Notes under the pieces: generated by a model | Told to the model about the DNA's origin: nothing | Seen by the model: the letters and a program-made list of their open reading frames with translations, nothing else | Database searches by the model: none | Position numbers and translations under genes: made by a program | Virus record (IMG/VR): IMGVR_UViG_2630968766_000008 | Coordinates: 1-38,909 of that record | Reading direction: 5' to 3' (one strand) | Origin: a virus | Lineage: Duplodnaviria > Heunggongvirae > Uroviricota > Caudoviricetes | Length of the DNA stretch: 38,909 nt | Shown: piece by piece, positions 7,999-16,363 of the stretch | Position numbering within the stretch: the first letter of the stretch is position 1 | Layout: the number at the start of each line of letters is the position of its first letter

Positions 7999-8452
7999 GC
8001 AGCAAATCCGACAGGTCTGCCGCCAGTGCATGGACCGCTGCCGGGCGGGTGAAACATGGCCTCCTGACCTGGCTGAGTTTGTGGCGTTGATTTCAGAAAG
8101 TGGAGCCAATCCATTCGGTCTGACGGTAGATGCCGTGATGGAAGAGTACCGCCGCTGGCGCAACGAGTCCTGGCGATACGACGGGAGCGATAAATACCCG
8201 TGGTCTCAGCCTGTGCTGTATCACATTTGCCTCGAGATGCGTTCAAAGGGGATTGAGCGCCAGATGACCGAAGGGGAATTAAAACGGCTTGCAGAACGGC
8301 AGCTGACGAAATGGGCAAAGCATGTTAGTAACGGCCTGAGCGTTCCGCCAGTCCGGCGACAACTGGAGGCACCCAAACGCCCGTCGGGGCCAACGCCAAT
8401 TGAGTTGCTGAAACAGGAATATGAACGCCGGAAAGCGGCTGGGTTTGTTTGA
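7787..8452 (+). CDS. Replication protein P-like (DnaB helicase loader); start uncertain (7787, 7910 or 7991)
   Basis: Segments WPPDLAEFVALI, YPWSQPVLYHICLEMRS, MTEGELKRLAERQL align by eye with lambda P (PSPGQFVAWC..., YPWKSNAHYWLV..., LTDAELRRKAADEL). ATG 7991 overlaps upstream stop as ATGACTGA. Confidence 0.55.
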   Translation: MQQHQVAPHHGQFRKFGQHVSSGNVKTDLSATETAWKLWELMGDVYSNRWTQKNGVAPSKLWIAQIGAMTEQQIRQVCRQCMDRCRAGETWPPDLAEFVALISESGANPFGLTVDAVMEEYRRWRNESWRYDGSDKYPWSQPVLYHICLEMRSKGIERQMTEGELKRLAERQLTKWAKHVSNGLSVPPVRRQLEAPKRPSGPTPIELLKQEYERRKAAGFV

Positions 8453-8484
8453 GTTGAGAAGTAATTTTTACCGGGAGGAAATTT

Positions 8485-9255
8485 ATGGAGACTGTTTTTG
8501 ACGCACTGAAAGCGATGGGAAAAGCCACGTCGGTAGAGCTGGCTGCGCGACTTGATATCAGTCGTGAAGAAGTGCTGAACGAACTATGGGAACTGAAAAA
8601 GGCTGGCTTCGTTGATAAAAGCGTATACACCTGGCGTGTGGCTGGCGAAGGTGAATCCGGGGTAGCCGAAGAGCAGCCAGCACAATCTGAAGTACAGGAT
8701 GTGCTAACCAGGGAGGTCGAACGAAAAGTTACCGCTGACATGATGATTGAGTTTATCGGTCAGGAGGGTGCTAAAACGTGTGAGGAACTGGCGGGTAAGT
8801 TCGGTGTCAGCACTCGCAAGGTTGCTTCCACGCTGGCGGTAGTAACCGCAACGGGGCGGCTGGCACGCGTAAACCAGAACGGTAAATTTCGCTACTGCAT
8901 GCCGGGCGAGAATTTACCAGCTGAGCCGAAAGCTGCACCGGTAACGAAAACGGCTGGTAAGGCATTTCCTCAGCCCGCAGGTGTTGCGTTACCAGTACAG
9001 GAGGCTGCAACACAGGAAGATATTAAAACAGAAACTGTGGCGGACATTGTGCAGTCGCTGCCATCGTTCACCGAAACGCGAGCGGATGACCTGATTTTAC
9101 CATCGCTGCATATGGCAAACCGCGAACTGCGTCGAGCGAAAAGTCATGTCCAGAAGTGGGAGCGTGTCTGCGCCGCGCTGCGTGAGCTGAACAGGCACCG
9201 GGATATTGTCCGACAGATTGTCGATTCTTCCCGCCGTGTTGTATCGGAAAAGTGA
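8485..9255 (+). CDS. Hypothetical protein with two winged-helix-like repeats
   Basis: 256-aa ORF with Shine-Dalgarno GGAGG; two repeats of a [16 protein letters not shown].../[16 protein letters not shown]... wHTH-like pattern. Confidence 0.5.
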   Translation: METVFDALKAMGKATSVELAARLDISREEVLNELWELKKAGFVDKSVYTWRVAGEGESGVAEEQPAQSEVQDVLTREVERKVTADMMIEFIGQEGAKTCEELAGKFGVSTRKVASTLAVVTATGRLARVNQNGKFRYCMPGENLPAEPKAAPVTKTAGKAFPQPAGVALPVQEAATQEDIKTETVADIVQSLPSFTETRADDLILPSLHMANRELRRAKSHVQKWERVCAALRELNRHRDIVRQIVDSSRRVVSEK

Positions 9256-9692
9256 TTGCCGGAGGCGCTTATGGCAAAAGTATTTACACAAGAAGAGCGG
9301 GAAAAATTAAAGGGCAGGTTGTTGAACTTGTACGCCAGAGTGGGCGCGAGACGTTACGACAACTGGAAGCTAAAACCGGGGCAACAAGATATCTGATGAG
9401 TGTTCTCGCAAGAGAGCTGGTTGCCAGTGGCGATGTATACAACTCTGGCTACGGGTTATTCCCGTCTGAACAGGCGCGTAAGGACTGGCAAAACGCCCGC
9501 AAAAAACTCTCGAGGGCAAAGCTGAAGAAAACATCTGTGGTTGATCCGGACCTTATCTGGTCGTTACCAGACGGAGAAATTCGCCGCTATGACAGGCGTC
9601 TGAACATAATCTGTCGCGAGTGCCGAAAGAGCGAAGCTATGCAGCGTGTACTGGCTTTCTATCAGGGTAATTTTCAGGAGGCGGTACTGTGA
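9252..9692 (+). CDS. Hypothetical wHTH-like protein (146 aa, GTG start overlapping upstream stop as GTGA); start uncertain
   Basis: N-terminal [32 protein letters not shown] repeats the wHTH pattern of the preceding gene, which supports this frame over a 41-aa alternative-frame ORF at 9271-9396. Confidence 0.45.
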   Translation: MIAGGAYGKSIYTRRAGKIKGQVVELVRQSGRETLRQLEAKTGATRYLMSVLARELVASGDVYNSGYGLFPSEQARKDWQNARKKLSRAKLKKTSVVDPDLIWSLPDGEIRRYDRRLNIICRECRKSEAMQRVLAFYQGNFQEAVL

Positions 9693-9749
9693 GTGAAATT
9701 AGCTATCAGGCTTCAATTGCCGCTGGCATTCGCATCAAAGGAGAGGAGC

Positions 9750-10106
9750 ATGGAAATAAAACCAGAGGATGAGTTAAGCAATATCGTTTTATTTCCGATA
9801 AAAGAGGATGACCCTCGTAATCAGGTTAATTTTCTTTATGAGCCATCGGAAAGACCATATTGCCATCATGCTTCTGTCCGGGTTGACGAAAAAGAGCGTC
9901 AGGTCCGCTGTAAAATCTGCGGTGCAGTTGTGGAGCCATTTGACTGGATGCTCTCTGTGGCGAAAAGAGAAACCAGACTGGCAGATGATGTAAAACTATT
10001 GCGCCAGGAGGAACAGGAAAGGCGAAAAAATATAGAAAAGCTAATTCAGATTGAGCGTAATGCGAAAGCACGGATACGCAGGGTGACAAAATCCAGAACT
10101 GAATAA
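9750..10106 (+). CDS. Hypothetical zinc-ribbon protein with basic coiled C-terminus
   Basis: 118-aa from ATG 9750 with AAAGGAGAGGAG Shine-Dalgarno; CHH...CKICG cysteine/histidine cluster; K/R/E-rich C-terminal helix. Confidence 0.45.
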   Translation: MEIKPEDELSNIVLFPIKEDDPRNQVNFLYEPSERPYCHHASVRVDEKERQVRCKICGAVVEPFDWMLSVAKRETRLADDVKLLRQEEQERRKNIEKLIQIERNAKARIRRVTKSRTE

Positions 10107-10199
10107 TTAAATTTAGCACTGTTAAAAATTTAATCCTTAACCGGAGGGATTTCTGCACCCTCAGAACAGCAGGAGGCCACCCGAAAGGGTGGTAGTGAA

Positions 10200-10382
10200 A
10201 TGCGAAAGTTCAAAATAATTATTGAAACGGGAATAGCTGGTGGAGATTTTGAGGATGTATTCGAAGTGGACGATGACGCAACACCTGATGAAATTCATGA
10301 CGAAGCAAAAGAAATTTTCTTTAACTACTGCAATTACTCATATCACGAAATAAAAGACGAAGAGGAAGAACAAAATGGCTGA
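10200..10382 (+). CDS. Small highly acidic protein (60 aa)
   Basis: ORF rich in D/E (FEDVFEVDDDATPDEIHDEAKE...KDEEEEQNG); preceded by AGGAGG and a hairpin; stop overlaps next start. Confidence 0.35.
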   Translation: MRKFKIIIETGIAGGDFEDVFEVDDDATPDEIHDEAKEIFFNYCNYSYHEIKDEEEEQNG

Positions 10383-10551
10383 TTTTGGTTCAACTAAATA
10401 CAACGTCAGTTTTGAAGAATGGCATGAACTGTTAATGGACTATGCAGAGTTACGTGGTGGAAGTGCTGTTGATGCTGAAGCCTGGCGTGATGACTACGAA
10501 GCAGGAAAAACTCCGGTCGAAGCATATTGTGATGAGTGGGGCGATGATTGA
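10375..10551 (+). CDS. Small acidic protein (58 aa), translationally coupled to the previous ORF
   Basis: ATG overlaps upstream stop (ATGGCTGA); translation MADFGSTKYNVSFEEWHELLMDYAELRGGSAVDAEAWRDDYEAGKTPVEAYCDEWGDD; below the 60-aa cutoff of the supplied ORF track. Confidence 0.3.
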   Translation: MADFGSTKYNVSFEEWHELLMDYAELRGGSAVDAEAWRDDYEAGKTPVEAYCDEWGDD

Positions 10552-10736
10552 TTATGACCACAATTACCAGAGAACGACTGCTGGAAATGTTTGCGTGAAA
10601 AGGAGAGTTAAGTAAAATCGCCGCGGGTGCTTGAGGCTATCTGCCTCGGGCATGAACACCAACGGCAGATAGAGAAAAGCCCCAGTTAACATTACGCGTC
10701 CGGCAAGACGCTTAACATTAATCTGAGGCTCAATCT

Positions 10737-10949
10737 ATGAACGGCAAATCTAGGTTAGCCTCTTACGTGCCGAAAGGCAAGGAGAAGCAGGCTATGAAGC
10801 AGCAAAAGGCGATGTTAGTCGCCCTGATCGTCATCTGTATTACCGTCATTGTGACGGCACTGGTAACGAGGAAAGACCTCTGCGAGGTACGAATCCGAAC
10901 CGGCCAGACGGAGGTCGCTGTCTTCACAGCTTACGAACCTGAGGAGTAA
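10737..10949 (+). CDS. mok: Mok-like regulatory reading frame (in-frame N-terminal extension of hok)
   Basis: 70-aa ORF sharing stop with hok, as for mokC/hokC in E. coli K-12 (69/50 aa). Confidence 0.5.
   Translation: MNGKSRLASYVPKGKEKQAMKQQKAMLVALIVICITVIVTALVTRKDLCEVRIRTGQTEVAVFTAYEPEE
10794..10949 (+). CDS. hok: Hok/Gef family type I toxin (membrane-depolarising peptide)
   Basis: 51-aa MKQQKAMLVALIVICITVIVTALVTRKDLCEVRIRTGQTEVAVFTAYEPEE, very close to HokC/Gef; AAGGAGAAG Shine-Dalgarno; followed by strong intrinsic terminator. Confidence 0.85.
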   Translation: MKQQKAMLVALIVICITVIVTALVTRKDLCEVRIRTGQTEVAVFTAYEPEE

Positions 10950-11015
10950 GAGACCAGGCGAGGGAGAAATCCCTCGCCACCTCTGATGTGTCAGGCATCC
11001 TCAAAGCACCCGCAC

Positions 11016-11046
11016 TTAACCCGCTTCGGCGGGTTTTTGTTTTTAT
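11016..11046 (+). terminator. Rho-independent terminator after hok
   Basis: AACCCGCTTCGGCGGGTTTTTGTTTTT hairpin plus T-run. Confidence 0.65.
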
Positions 11047-11166
11047 TTTCAACGCGTTTGAAGTTTTAGATGGTGCCGGAATAGAATCAAAAATACTTAA
11101 GTAGCGCGCAGGGAGAAGAGGGATGGACCCCGAACAGGGGAGTGCTATTTATCTGGAAGGATTCTG

Positions 11167-11430
11167 TTGATGAAAATCGAAGAATTACGTGAAATTTTTA
11201 GTGAAGATGGCCTCTATACTGTGCGCGTTGAGAATGGCGCTATTGTCAGCCACTGCCGTATTAAATGTTTACAGTCTCAACAAAGGAAGAGTGGAGCTGC
11301 GTTAATTCATTTGGTGGATGGGCTTGTGACGGATGGTTTTATTTTGCGTGCAAATGAATTTGTCACATCGTTGCCGTCTCTGAAAGAAGCTGGGATTAAG
11401 GCTGGTTTTTCTGCTTTTGAAGATGAGTGA
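11167..11430 (+). CDS. Hypothetical small protein (Rem-like by position between hok and DUF968 gene)
   Basis: 87-aa ORF; synteny with Qin (hokD-rem-ydfU-quuQ) suggests a Rem counterpart, but sequence identity not verifiable from memory. Confidence 0.4.
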   Translation: MMKIEELREIFSEDGLYTVRVENGAIVSHCRIKCLQSQQRKSGAALIHLVDGLVTDGFILRANEFVTSLPSLKEAGIKAGFSAFEDE

Positions 11431-11496
11431 ATTCATCTACAATTCAGCGCAGGGCTGAACCCCTGTTGAGTAACACTGTGCCACCGGAGAAAGCCG

Positions 11497-11775
11497 ATGG
11501 CGCAAAATTCCAGACTACACAATTCTGATAATTCAGCCGTCTTTGCCAGCGGGCACGGGCGGCGTTCTCATGCATTCAAATCTGACTGGTTCCAGCACGA
11601 CCCATGCACTGAAGAACAGGCCGAATGGCTGATTCAGAACTACCGCAGGCGTGGGTACGAGTTTCAGAAAGACCTCAGTCTTGACTTCCGACATTGGATA
11701 ATCTCAGTCAGATTGCCTTACTCCGAACGCCAACCGCGTCCGTCCCGTACATTCCAGCAACGCATCTGGAGGTAA
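11497..11775 (+). CDS. Hypothetical protein (92 aa)
   Basis: GGAGAAAG Shine-Dalgarno 4 nt upstream of ATG; stop immediately precedes the DUF968 gene start. Confidence 0.45.
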   Translation: MAQNSRLHNSDNSAVFASGHGRRSHAFKSDWFQHDPCTEEQAEWLIQNYRRRGYEFQKDLSLDFRHWIISVRLPYSERQPRPSRTFQQRIWR

Positions 11776-11776
11776 C

Positions 11777-12832
11777 GTGCGGGTATTACTTCGACCTGTT
11801 CCGGTACCGGAACTCGGGCTGGTGGTCCTTAGGCCGGGCCGTGAATCCATGCAAGTATTTCATAACCCTCGAGTGCTGGTGGAGCCTGAACCGAAAAGCA
11901 TGCGCGGTCTGCCGTCCGGAGTCGTCCCTGCCGTTCGCCAGCCGCTGGCGGAGGATAAATCATTACTGCCATTTTTCAGCGATGAGCGGGTGATTCGTGC
12001 TGCTGGCGGCGCTGGGGCACTGTCTGACTGGCTGTTGCGTCATGTCAAATCCTGCCAGTGGCCTCATGGTGACTATCATCACAGTGAAATCGTCATACAT
12101 CGTTACGGTACCGGCGCGATGGTGTTGTGCTGGCACTGCGACAACCAGTTGCGTGACCAGACATCCGAATCACTCGGGCAACTTGCTCATCAAAACCTGT
12201 CAGCATGGATGATTGACGTCATACGCCATGCAATGAATGGCACGCAGGAGCGGGAATTGTCGCTGGCTGAATTATCCTGGTGGGCGGTCTGCAATCAGGT
12301 GGCGGACGCGCTTCCGGAGGCAGTATTACGTCGTTCTCTGGGGTTACGTGCGGAAAAAATCCGCTCCTTGTACCGCGAAAGCGACATCGTACCGGGAGAG
12401 CAGACCGCCACCAGCATACTGAAGCAGCGCACAAAAAATCTTGCGCCGTTGCCTCATGCCCACCAGCAAAACCCGCCACAGGAAAAGACGGTGGTCAGCA
12501 TTGCCGTTGATCCGGAGTCACCGGCTCAGTATCTCCAGCGCCAGAAACCACAACGGGAAGAGATGCCTGTATACACGCGTTGGGTAAAAACGCAGAAATG
12601 CATGACGTGCGGTAATCAGGCAGATGATCCGCATCACATCATTGGTCATGGACTGGGAGGGATGGGAACAAAGGCTGATGATTTGTTTGTTATTCCGCTG
12701 TGCCGTAAATGTCATAACGAACTGCACGCCGGGGTAAAAGATTTTGAAGAAAAACACGGCAGCCAGCTGTTGTTGCTGATTCGTTTTTTAATGCACGCGA
12801 GAAATTCGGGTGTCCTGAAGTGGAAAGCATGA
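11777..12832 (+). CDS. DUF968-family protein (YdfU-like) with C-terminal HNH-like Cys/His motif
   Basis: 351-aa ORF, GTG start after GGAGG; C-terminus CGNQADDPHHIIGHGLGG...CRKCHNELHAG; position upstream of rusA and Q matches ydfU in Qin-like prophages. Confidence 0.7.
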   Translation: MRVLLRPVPVPELGLVVLRPGRESMQVFHNPRVLVEPEPKSMRGLPSGVVPAVRQPLAEDKSLLPFFSDERVIRAAGGAGALSDWLLRHVKSCQWPHGDYHHSEIVIHRYGTGAMVLCWHCDNQLRDQTSESLGQLAHQNLSAWMIDVIRHAMNGTQERELSLAELSWWAVCNQVADALPEAVLRRSLGLRAEKIRSLYRESDIVPGEQTATSILKQRTKNLAPLPHAHQQNPPQEKTVVSIAVDPESPAQYLQRQKPQREEMPVYTRWVKTQKCMTCGNQADDPHHIIGHGLGGMGTKADDLFVIPLCRKCHNELHAGVKDFEEKHGSQLLLLIRFLMHARNSGVLKWKA

Positions 12833-13210
12833 ATGACTGAACGCATAGAATTTGTTTTGCCTTACCCGCCGACGGTGAATACCTACTGGCGACGTCATGG
12901 CAATACGTATTTCATCTCGGAGGCCGGAAAGCGTTATCGCCATGATGTGGCGCTAATTGTTCGCCAGCAGCGGTTGAAATTAAACCTGTCCGGAAGGCTG
13001 GCGATAAAGATTATTGCAGAGCCACCGGATAAGCGCCGTCGTGACCTGGACAATATCCTGAAAGCACCACTGGATGCGCTGACGCATGCCGGACTACTCA
13101 TAGACGACGAGCAGTTTGATGAAATTAATATTGTGCGCGGTCAGGTCGTTCCTGGTGGTCGGTTGGGCGTGAAGATTTACGAAATTACAGGTGATAACGA
13201 TGGCGCGTGA
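12833..13210 (+). CDS. rusA: Holliday junction resolvase RusA
   Basis: 125-aa ORF; [13 protein letters not shown]...[28 protein letters not shown] matches RusA motifs (LPWPPSNNRYY...PDRRRRDLDNLQKAAFDAL). Confidence 0.85.
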   Translation: MTERIEFVLPYPPTVNTYWRRHGNTYFISEAGKRYRHDVALIVRQQRLKLNLSGRLAIKIIAEPPDKRRRDLDNILKAPLDALTHAGLLIDDEQFDEINIVRGQVVPGGRLGVKIYEITGDNDGA

Positions 13211-13586
13211 TATTCAGCAGGTTATGGAGCGGTGGGGAGCATGGGCTGCAAACAATCACGAAGATGTGTCATGGGCGTCAATAGCTGCTGGTTTTAAAGG
13301 ATTAATCCCGCCGAAAGTGAAATCACGCCCTCAGTGTTCTGATGATGATGCAATGATAATTTGTGGCTGTATGGCCCGGTTGAACAAGAAAAATCAGGAT
13401 TTGCACGATTTGTTGGTGGATTATTACGTAGGTGGAATGACTTTTATGGGGCTGGCACGAAAGCATGGGTGTTCGGATACCTGTATTGGCAAGCGCCTGC
13501 AGAAAGCGGAAGGGGTTATTGATGGCATGTTGATGATGCTTGATATCCGACTGGAGATGGACAGATACGTAGAACGAATCATGTAG
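13200..13586 (+). CDS. Late gene antiterminator Q (phage 82/21 type)
   Basis: [35 protein letters not shown]...[20 protein letters not shown]...[10 protein letters not shown] closely resembles Q82/QuuD-family antiterminators. Confidence 0.85.
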   Translation: MARDIQQVMERWGAWAANNHEDVSWASIAAGFKGLIPPKVKSRPQCSDDDAMIICGCMARLNKKNQDLHDLLVDYYVGGMTFMGLARKHGCSDTCIGKRLQKAEGVIDGMLMMLDIRLEMDRYVERIM

Positions 13587-13590
13587 GAGC

Positions 13591-13620
13591 TTGACCAGAC
13601 ACATTGTCCGGGGCTATATT
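13591..13620 (+). promoter_or_regulatory. Late promoter pR' analogue (Q-modified)
   Basis: TTGACC (13591-13596) - 17/18 nt - TATATT (13615-13620) directly downstream of Q. Confidence 0.5.
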
Positions 13621-13682
13621 CCTCACGCGCCAGCAAAATCTGGCGTCGGGATTAGGAACCCCGGATTGAGACCGCGACAGAT

Positions 13683-13706
13683 ACACGCCGCGAGCGTGTT
13701 TTTTAT
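13683..13706 (+). terminator. tR'-like intrinsic terminator of the short late leader RNA
   Basis: ACACGCCGCGAGCGTGT hairpin followed by TTTTTTATT, ~80 nt downstream of the putative pR'. Confidence 0.5.
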
Positions 13707-13867
13707 TGTCGTATGCACGCGCACATCTGAATTATGGTGGGGCGTATGGGGGAGCTGAAAGGCTCGCCGGTTGGTTTCCCGGTAGTTCCTAACCCTGTAC
13801 GTCTCACCACCCGATGATTAGGAACCTGACGGTGGTGATAGTTTAGAAACCACTAGAGGGCGTCATT

Positions 13868-14431
13868 ATGACAACTCAAATCTCTGTTGAAACTCTCTCC
13901 CCGATCACCCATAACCAGATTCCTGTAATTACCACTGAACTTTTGGCGCAGCTTTATGGCACCGAAATTCTGAATATCCAGGTTAACTTCACCAGAAACA
14001 AAGAGCGTTTTGTCGCAGGAAAGCACTTTTTTAAAGCAGCGGGTGAGGAATTAAAAAAATTGCGACTTACTTTAAGTAAGTCACAAAATCCCATCTCTCC
14101 CAAAACCCGCTCCCTCATTCTCTGGACAGAACGAGGCGCAGCCCGTCACGCCAAAATGCTCGAGACCGATCAGGCGTGGGATGTGTTCGAAAAACTGGAA
14201 GACTGTTATTTCAGCCAGAAACAGCCACCAGCAGCACAAAACTCCCCCACCGAAAATGATGGATGCGCATTACTGATCCACTTCGATAAACACGGTCAGG
14301 TCGACTTCACGGAAAAAGTACCCGCCGATGCGATGGTATGCACTCTGGAACGGTTTAAATTTTATCTGGAACAACGCGGCTGGATCGTTGCCCGTAAAGA
14401 GCAGCTGGTGGAACGACTGATGCGGCTTTAA
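13868..14431 (+). CDS. ORF6N/antirepressor-like domain protein
   Basis: 187-aa ORF; N-terminal ~100 aa (ITTELLAQLYGTEILNIQVNFTRNKERFVAGKHFF...ILWTERGAARHAKML) resembles the ORF6N/KilA-N-type DNA-binding domain of phage antirepressors. Confidence 0.5.
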   Translation: MTTQISVETLSPITHNQIPVITTELLAQLYGTEILNIQVNFTRNKERFVAGKHFFKAAGEELKKLRLTLSKSQNPISPKTRSLILWTERGAARHAKMLETDQAWDVFEKLEDCYFSQKQPPAAQNSPTENDGCALLIHFDKHGQVDFTEKVPADAMVCTLERFKFYLEQRGWIVARKEQLVERLMRL

Positions 14432-14506
14432 AAATTTTCCCCGAACGCTTTACGATCGTAAAAAGTTGAATATCCTGTTAAGAGTGGTTACTACGCCACA
14501 CAGCTT

Positions 14507-14532
14507 AAACCCGCCGATGAGCGGGTTTTTTG
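14507..14532 (+). terminator. Rho-independent terminator
   Basis: AAACCCGCCGATGAGCGGGTTTTTTG. Confidence 0.55.
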
Positions 14533-14654
14533 TGCCCGAAAAGCGGTACAGGATGTTAAATGCGCTGGTGGTTGCGAATACAGGTCTTTCAGCTTGCTGG
14601 CTTTTTCGACAAGAGTTATTGGTATGTCACGTTAACCAGAAAAGGGAAAAAGAC

Positions 14655-14852
14655 ATGCTAAAACAGCAGGATATGACCGAAACTGCCAGAGTGGTATTTA
14701 ATGAATTAAGTGTCACCGAACCAGCGACCGTCGGGGAAATTGCGCAGAATACTTACCTTTCACGTGAACGCTGCCAGTTAATACTGACCCAGCTTGTTAT
14801 GGCGGGTCTGGCAGATTATCAGTTCGGTTGTTACAGACGCCTTCCGCAGTGA
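14655..14852 (+). CDS. Small winged-helix DNA-binding protein (65 aa)
   Basis: ATG 14655 with AGGGA upstream; ...ELSVTEPATVGEIAQNTYLSRERCQLILTQLVMAGL... HTH-like pattern; directly upstream of the methyltransferase. Confidence 0.4.
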   Translation: MLKQQDMTETARVVFNELSVTEPATVGEIAQNTYLSRERCQLILTQLVMAGLADYQFGCYRRLPQ

Positions 14853-15002
14853 AGGCTTTTTAATTTGTGGTAATGGGCGGCTGGTGGGTGTTAGCGGCAC
14901 CTGCCAGCCATCTGCTCATGCGTTGGGGTCACAAGCAAACCTCAGGCCCATCTGCTTTGCGCAAAAGCGGTATGAGCCTATCAGAGAAGCGCTTATTGAT
15001 CT

Positions 15003-16055
15003 ATGGCTAATACTGTAAAAATATCCAGTTGTGAGTTAATCAACGCTGATTGCCTGGAATTTATCCAGACCTTACCGGAAAACTCTGTCGATCTGATAGT
15101 CACAGACCCGCCATACTTTAAAGTGAAGCCCGAGAGCTGGGATAACCAGTGGAAGGGGGACGATGATTACCTGAAATGGCTCGACCAGTGTCTGGCGCAG
15201 TTCTGGCGGGTACTGAAGCCCGCCGGAAGTCTTTACCTGTTCTGTGGTCATCGCCTGGCATCTGACACCGAAATTATGATGCGTGAACGCTTTAATGTGC
15301 TGAATCACATTATCTGGGCGAAGCCGTCAGGACGCTGGAACAGGTGCAACAAGGAAAGCCTGCGGGCGTATTTCCCGGCAACAGAGCGCATTCTGTTTGC
15401 CGAACATTATCAGGGGCCATACCAGCCCAAAAATGACGGCTATGCGGCAAAAGAAAGGGAACTCAAACAGCACATAATGGCACCGCTGATATCGTATTTC
15501 AGGGATGCTCGTGCCGAACTGGGTATAACGGCAAAACAAATTGCCGAAGCCACAGGTAAGAAAAATATGGTTTCCCACTGGTTTGGTGCCAGTCAGTGGC
15601 AGTTGCCGAATGAGGCTGACTATCGGAAGTTACAGGCACTGTTTTCCCGTATAGCGGCAGAGAAGTTTCAGGAACAACAACTGGAACAACCACACCACCA
15701 GCTGGTGGCATCTTATGATTCACTGAATCGCAAATATTCTGAATTGCTGGATAAGTTTAAATCTCTCCGGCGCTATTTCTCCGTATCAGTCTCCGTGCCT
15801 TATACCGATGTCTGGATGCATAAACCCGTTCAGTTCTACCCGGGTAAACATCCGTGTGAGAAACCGGCGGATATGCTCAGGCAAATAATCAATGCCAGTA
15901 GTCGACCTGGTGATCTGGTTGCTGATTTTTTTATGGGATCCGGTTCCACAATAAAAGCAGCAATGGCGCTGGGGCGTCGGGCCTTAGGTGTTGAGCTTGA
16001 GTCAGAGCGGTTTAACCAGACGGTGAAAGAGGTAAGTGAACTGGTGGGGGAATAA
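15003..16055 (+). CDS. DNA methyltransferase (N6-adenine/N4-cytosine, DPPY catalytic motif)
   Basis: 350-aa ORF; motif IV VTDPPYF near N-terminus and SAM-binding FFMGSGSTIKAA near C-terminus (beta-class arrangement). Confidence 0.85.
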   Translation: MANTVKISSCELINADCLEFIQTLPENSVDLIVTDPPYFKVKPESWDNQWKGDDDYLKWLDQCLAQFWRVLKPAGSLYLFCGHRLASDTEIMMRERFNVLNHIIWAKPSGRWNRCNKESLRAYFPATERILFAEHYQGPYQPKNDGYAAKERELKQHIMAPLISYFRDARAELGITAKQIAEATGKKNMVSHWFGASQWQLPNEADYRKLQALFSRIAAEKFQEQQLEQPHHQLVASYDSLNRKYSELLDKFKSLRRYFSVSVSVPYTDVWMHKPVQFYPGKHPCEKPADMLRQIINASSRPGDLVADFFMGSGSTIKAAMALGRRALGVELESERFNQTVKEVSELVGE

Positions 16056-16105
16056 TTCTGGTGTCAGAGCTTTTATTCGCTAATTTTTTCACTGGGAGGC
16101 TATTT

Positions 16106-16363
16106 ATGCATTCACACCATCATCAAATATCTATGATCCCACTTACCATGAGTTCACCCATTAAAGGTTTTTCACTGTATGTAGAAAGCGAAGACATGGC
16201 TGTCGCTATAGCTGAGCTTGAAAATGCCTTATCACAGCTCAAGAATGGAGATAAGGCATTCAAAGAAAGTGGCACGCTGGTTGGTAACGTCAGAGCAAGT
16301 TATTGCTATCCTTACCGTCCTCATTGTGCCGCGAAAGGTCTTTATTGGGATGAAGGGGATTAA
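16106..16363 (+). CDS. Hypothetical protein (85 aa)
   Basis: ATG 16106 preceded by GGGAGG (7-nt spacer); stop overlaps the stop of the convergent minus-strand gene (TTAA). Confidence 0.35.
   Translation: MHSHHHQISMIPLTMSSPIKGFSLYVESEDMAVAIAELENALSQLKNGDKAFKESGTLVGNVRASYCYPYRPHCAAKGLYWDEGD

Noticed and set aside
9271-9396. 41-aa alternative-frame ORF with a strong GGAGG Shine-Dalgarno
   Set aside because: The overlapping 146-aa frame encodes a winged-helix-like segment homologous in pattern to the preceding gene across this interval, so the 41-aa frame is probably a coincidence; kept as a caveat.
13600-13867. Possible tRNA genes downstream of Q, as in Stx phages
   Set aside because: No acceptor-stem/T-arm pattern (GGTTCGAATCC-type) or cloverleaf could be found by eye; the repeats present do not fold as a tRNA.
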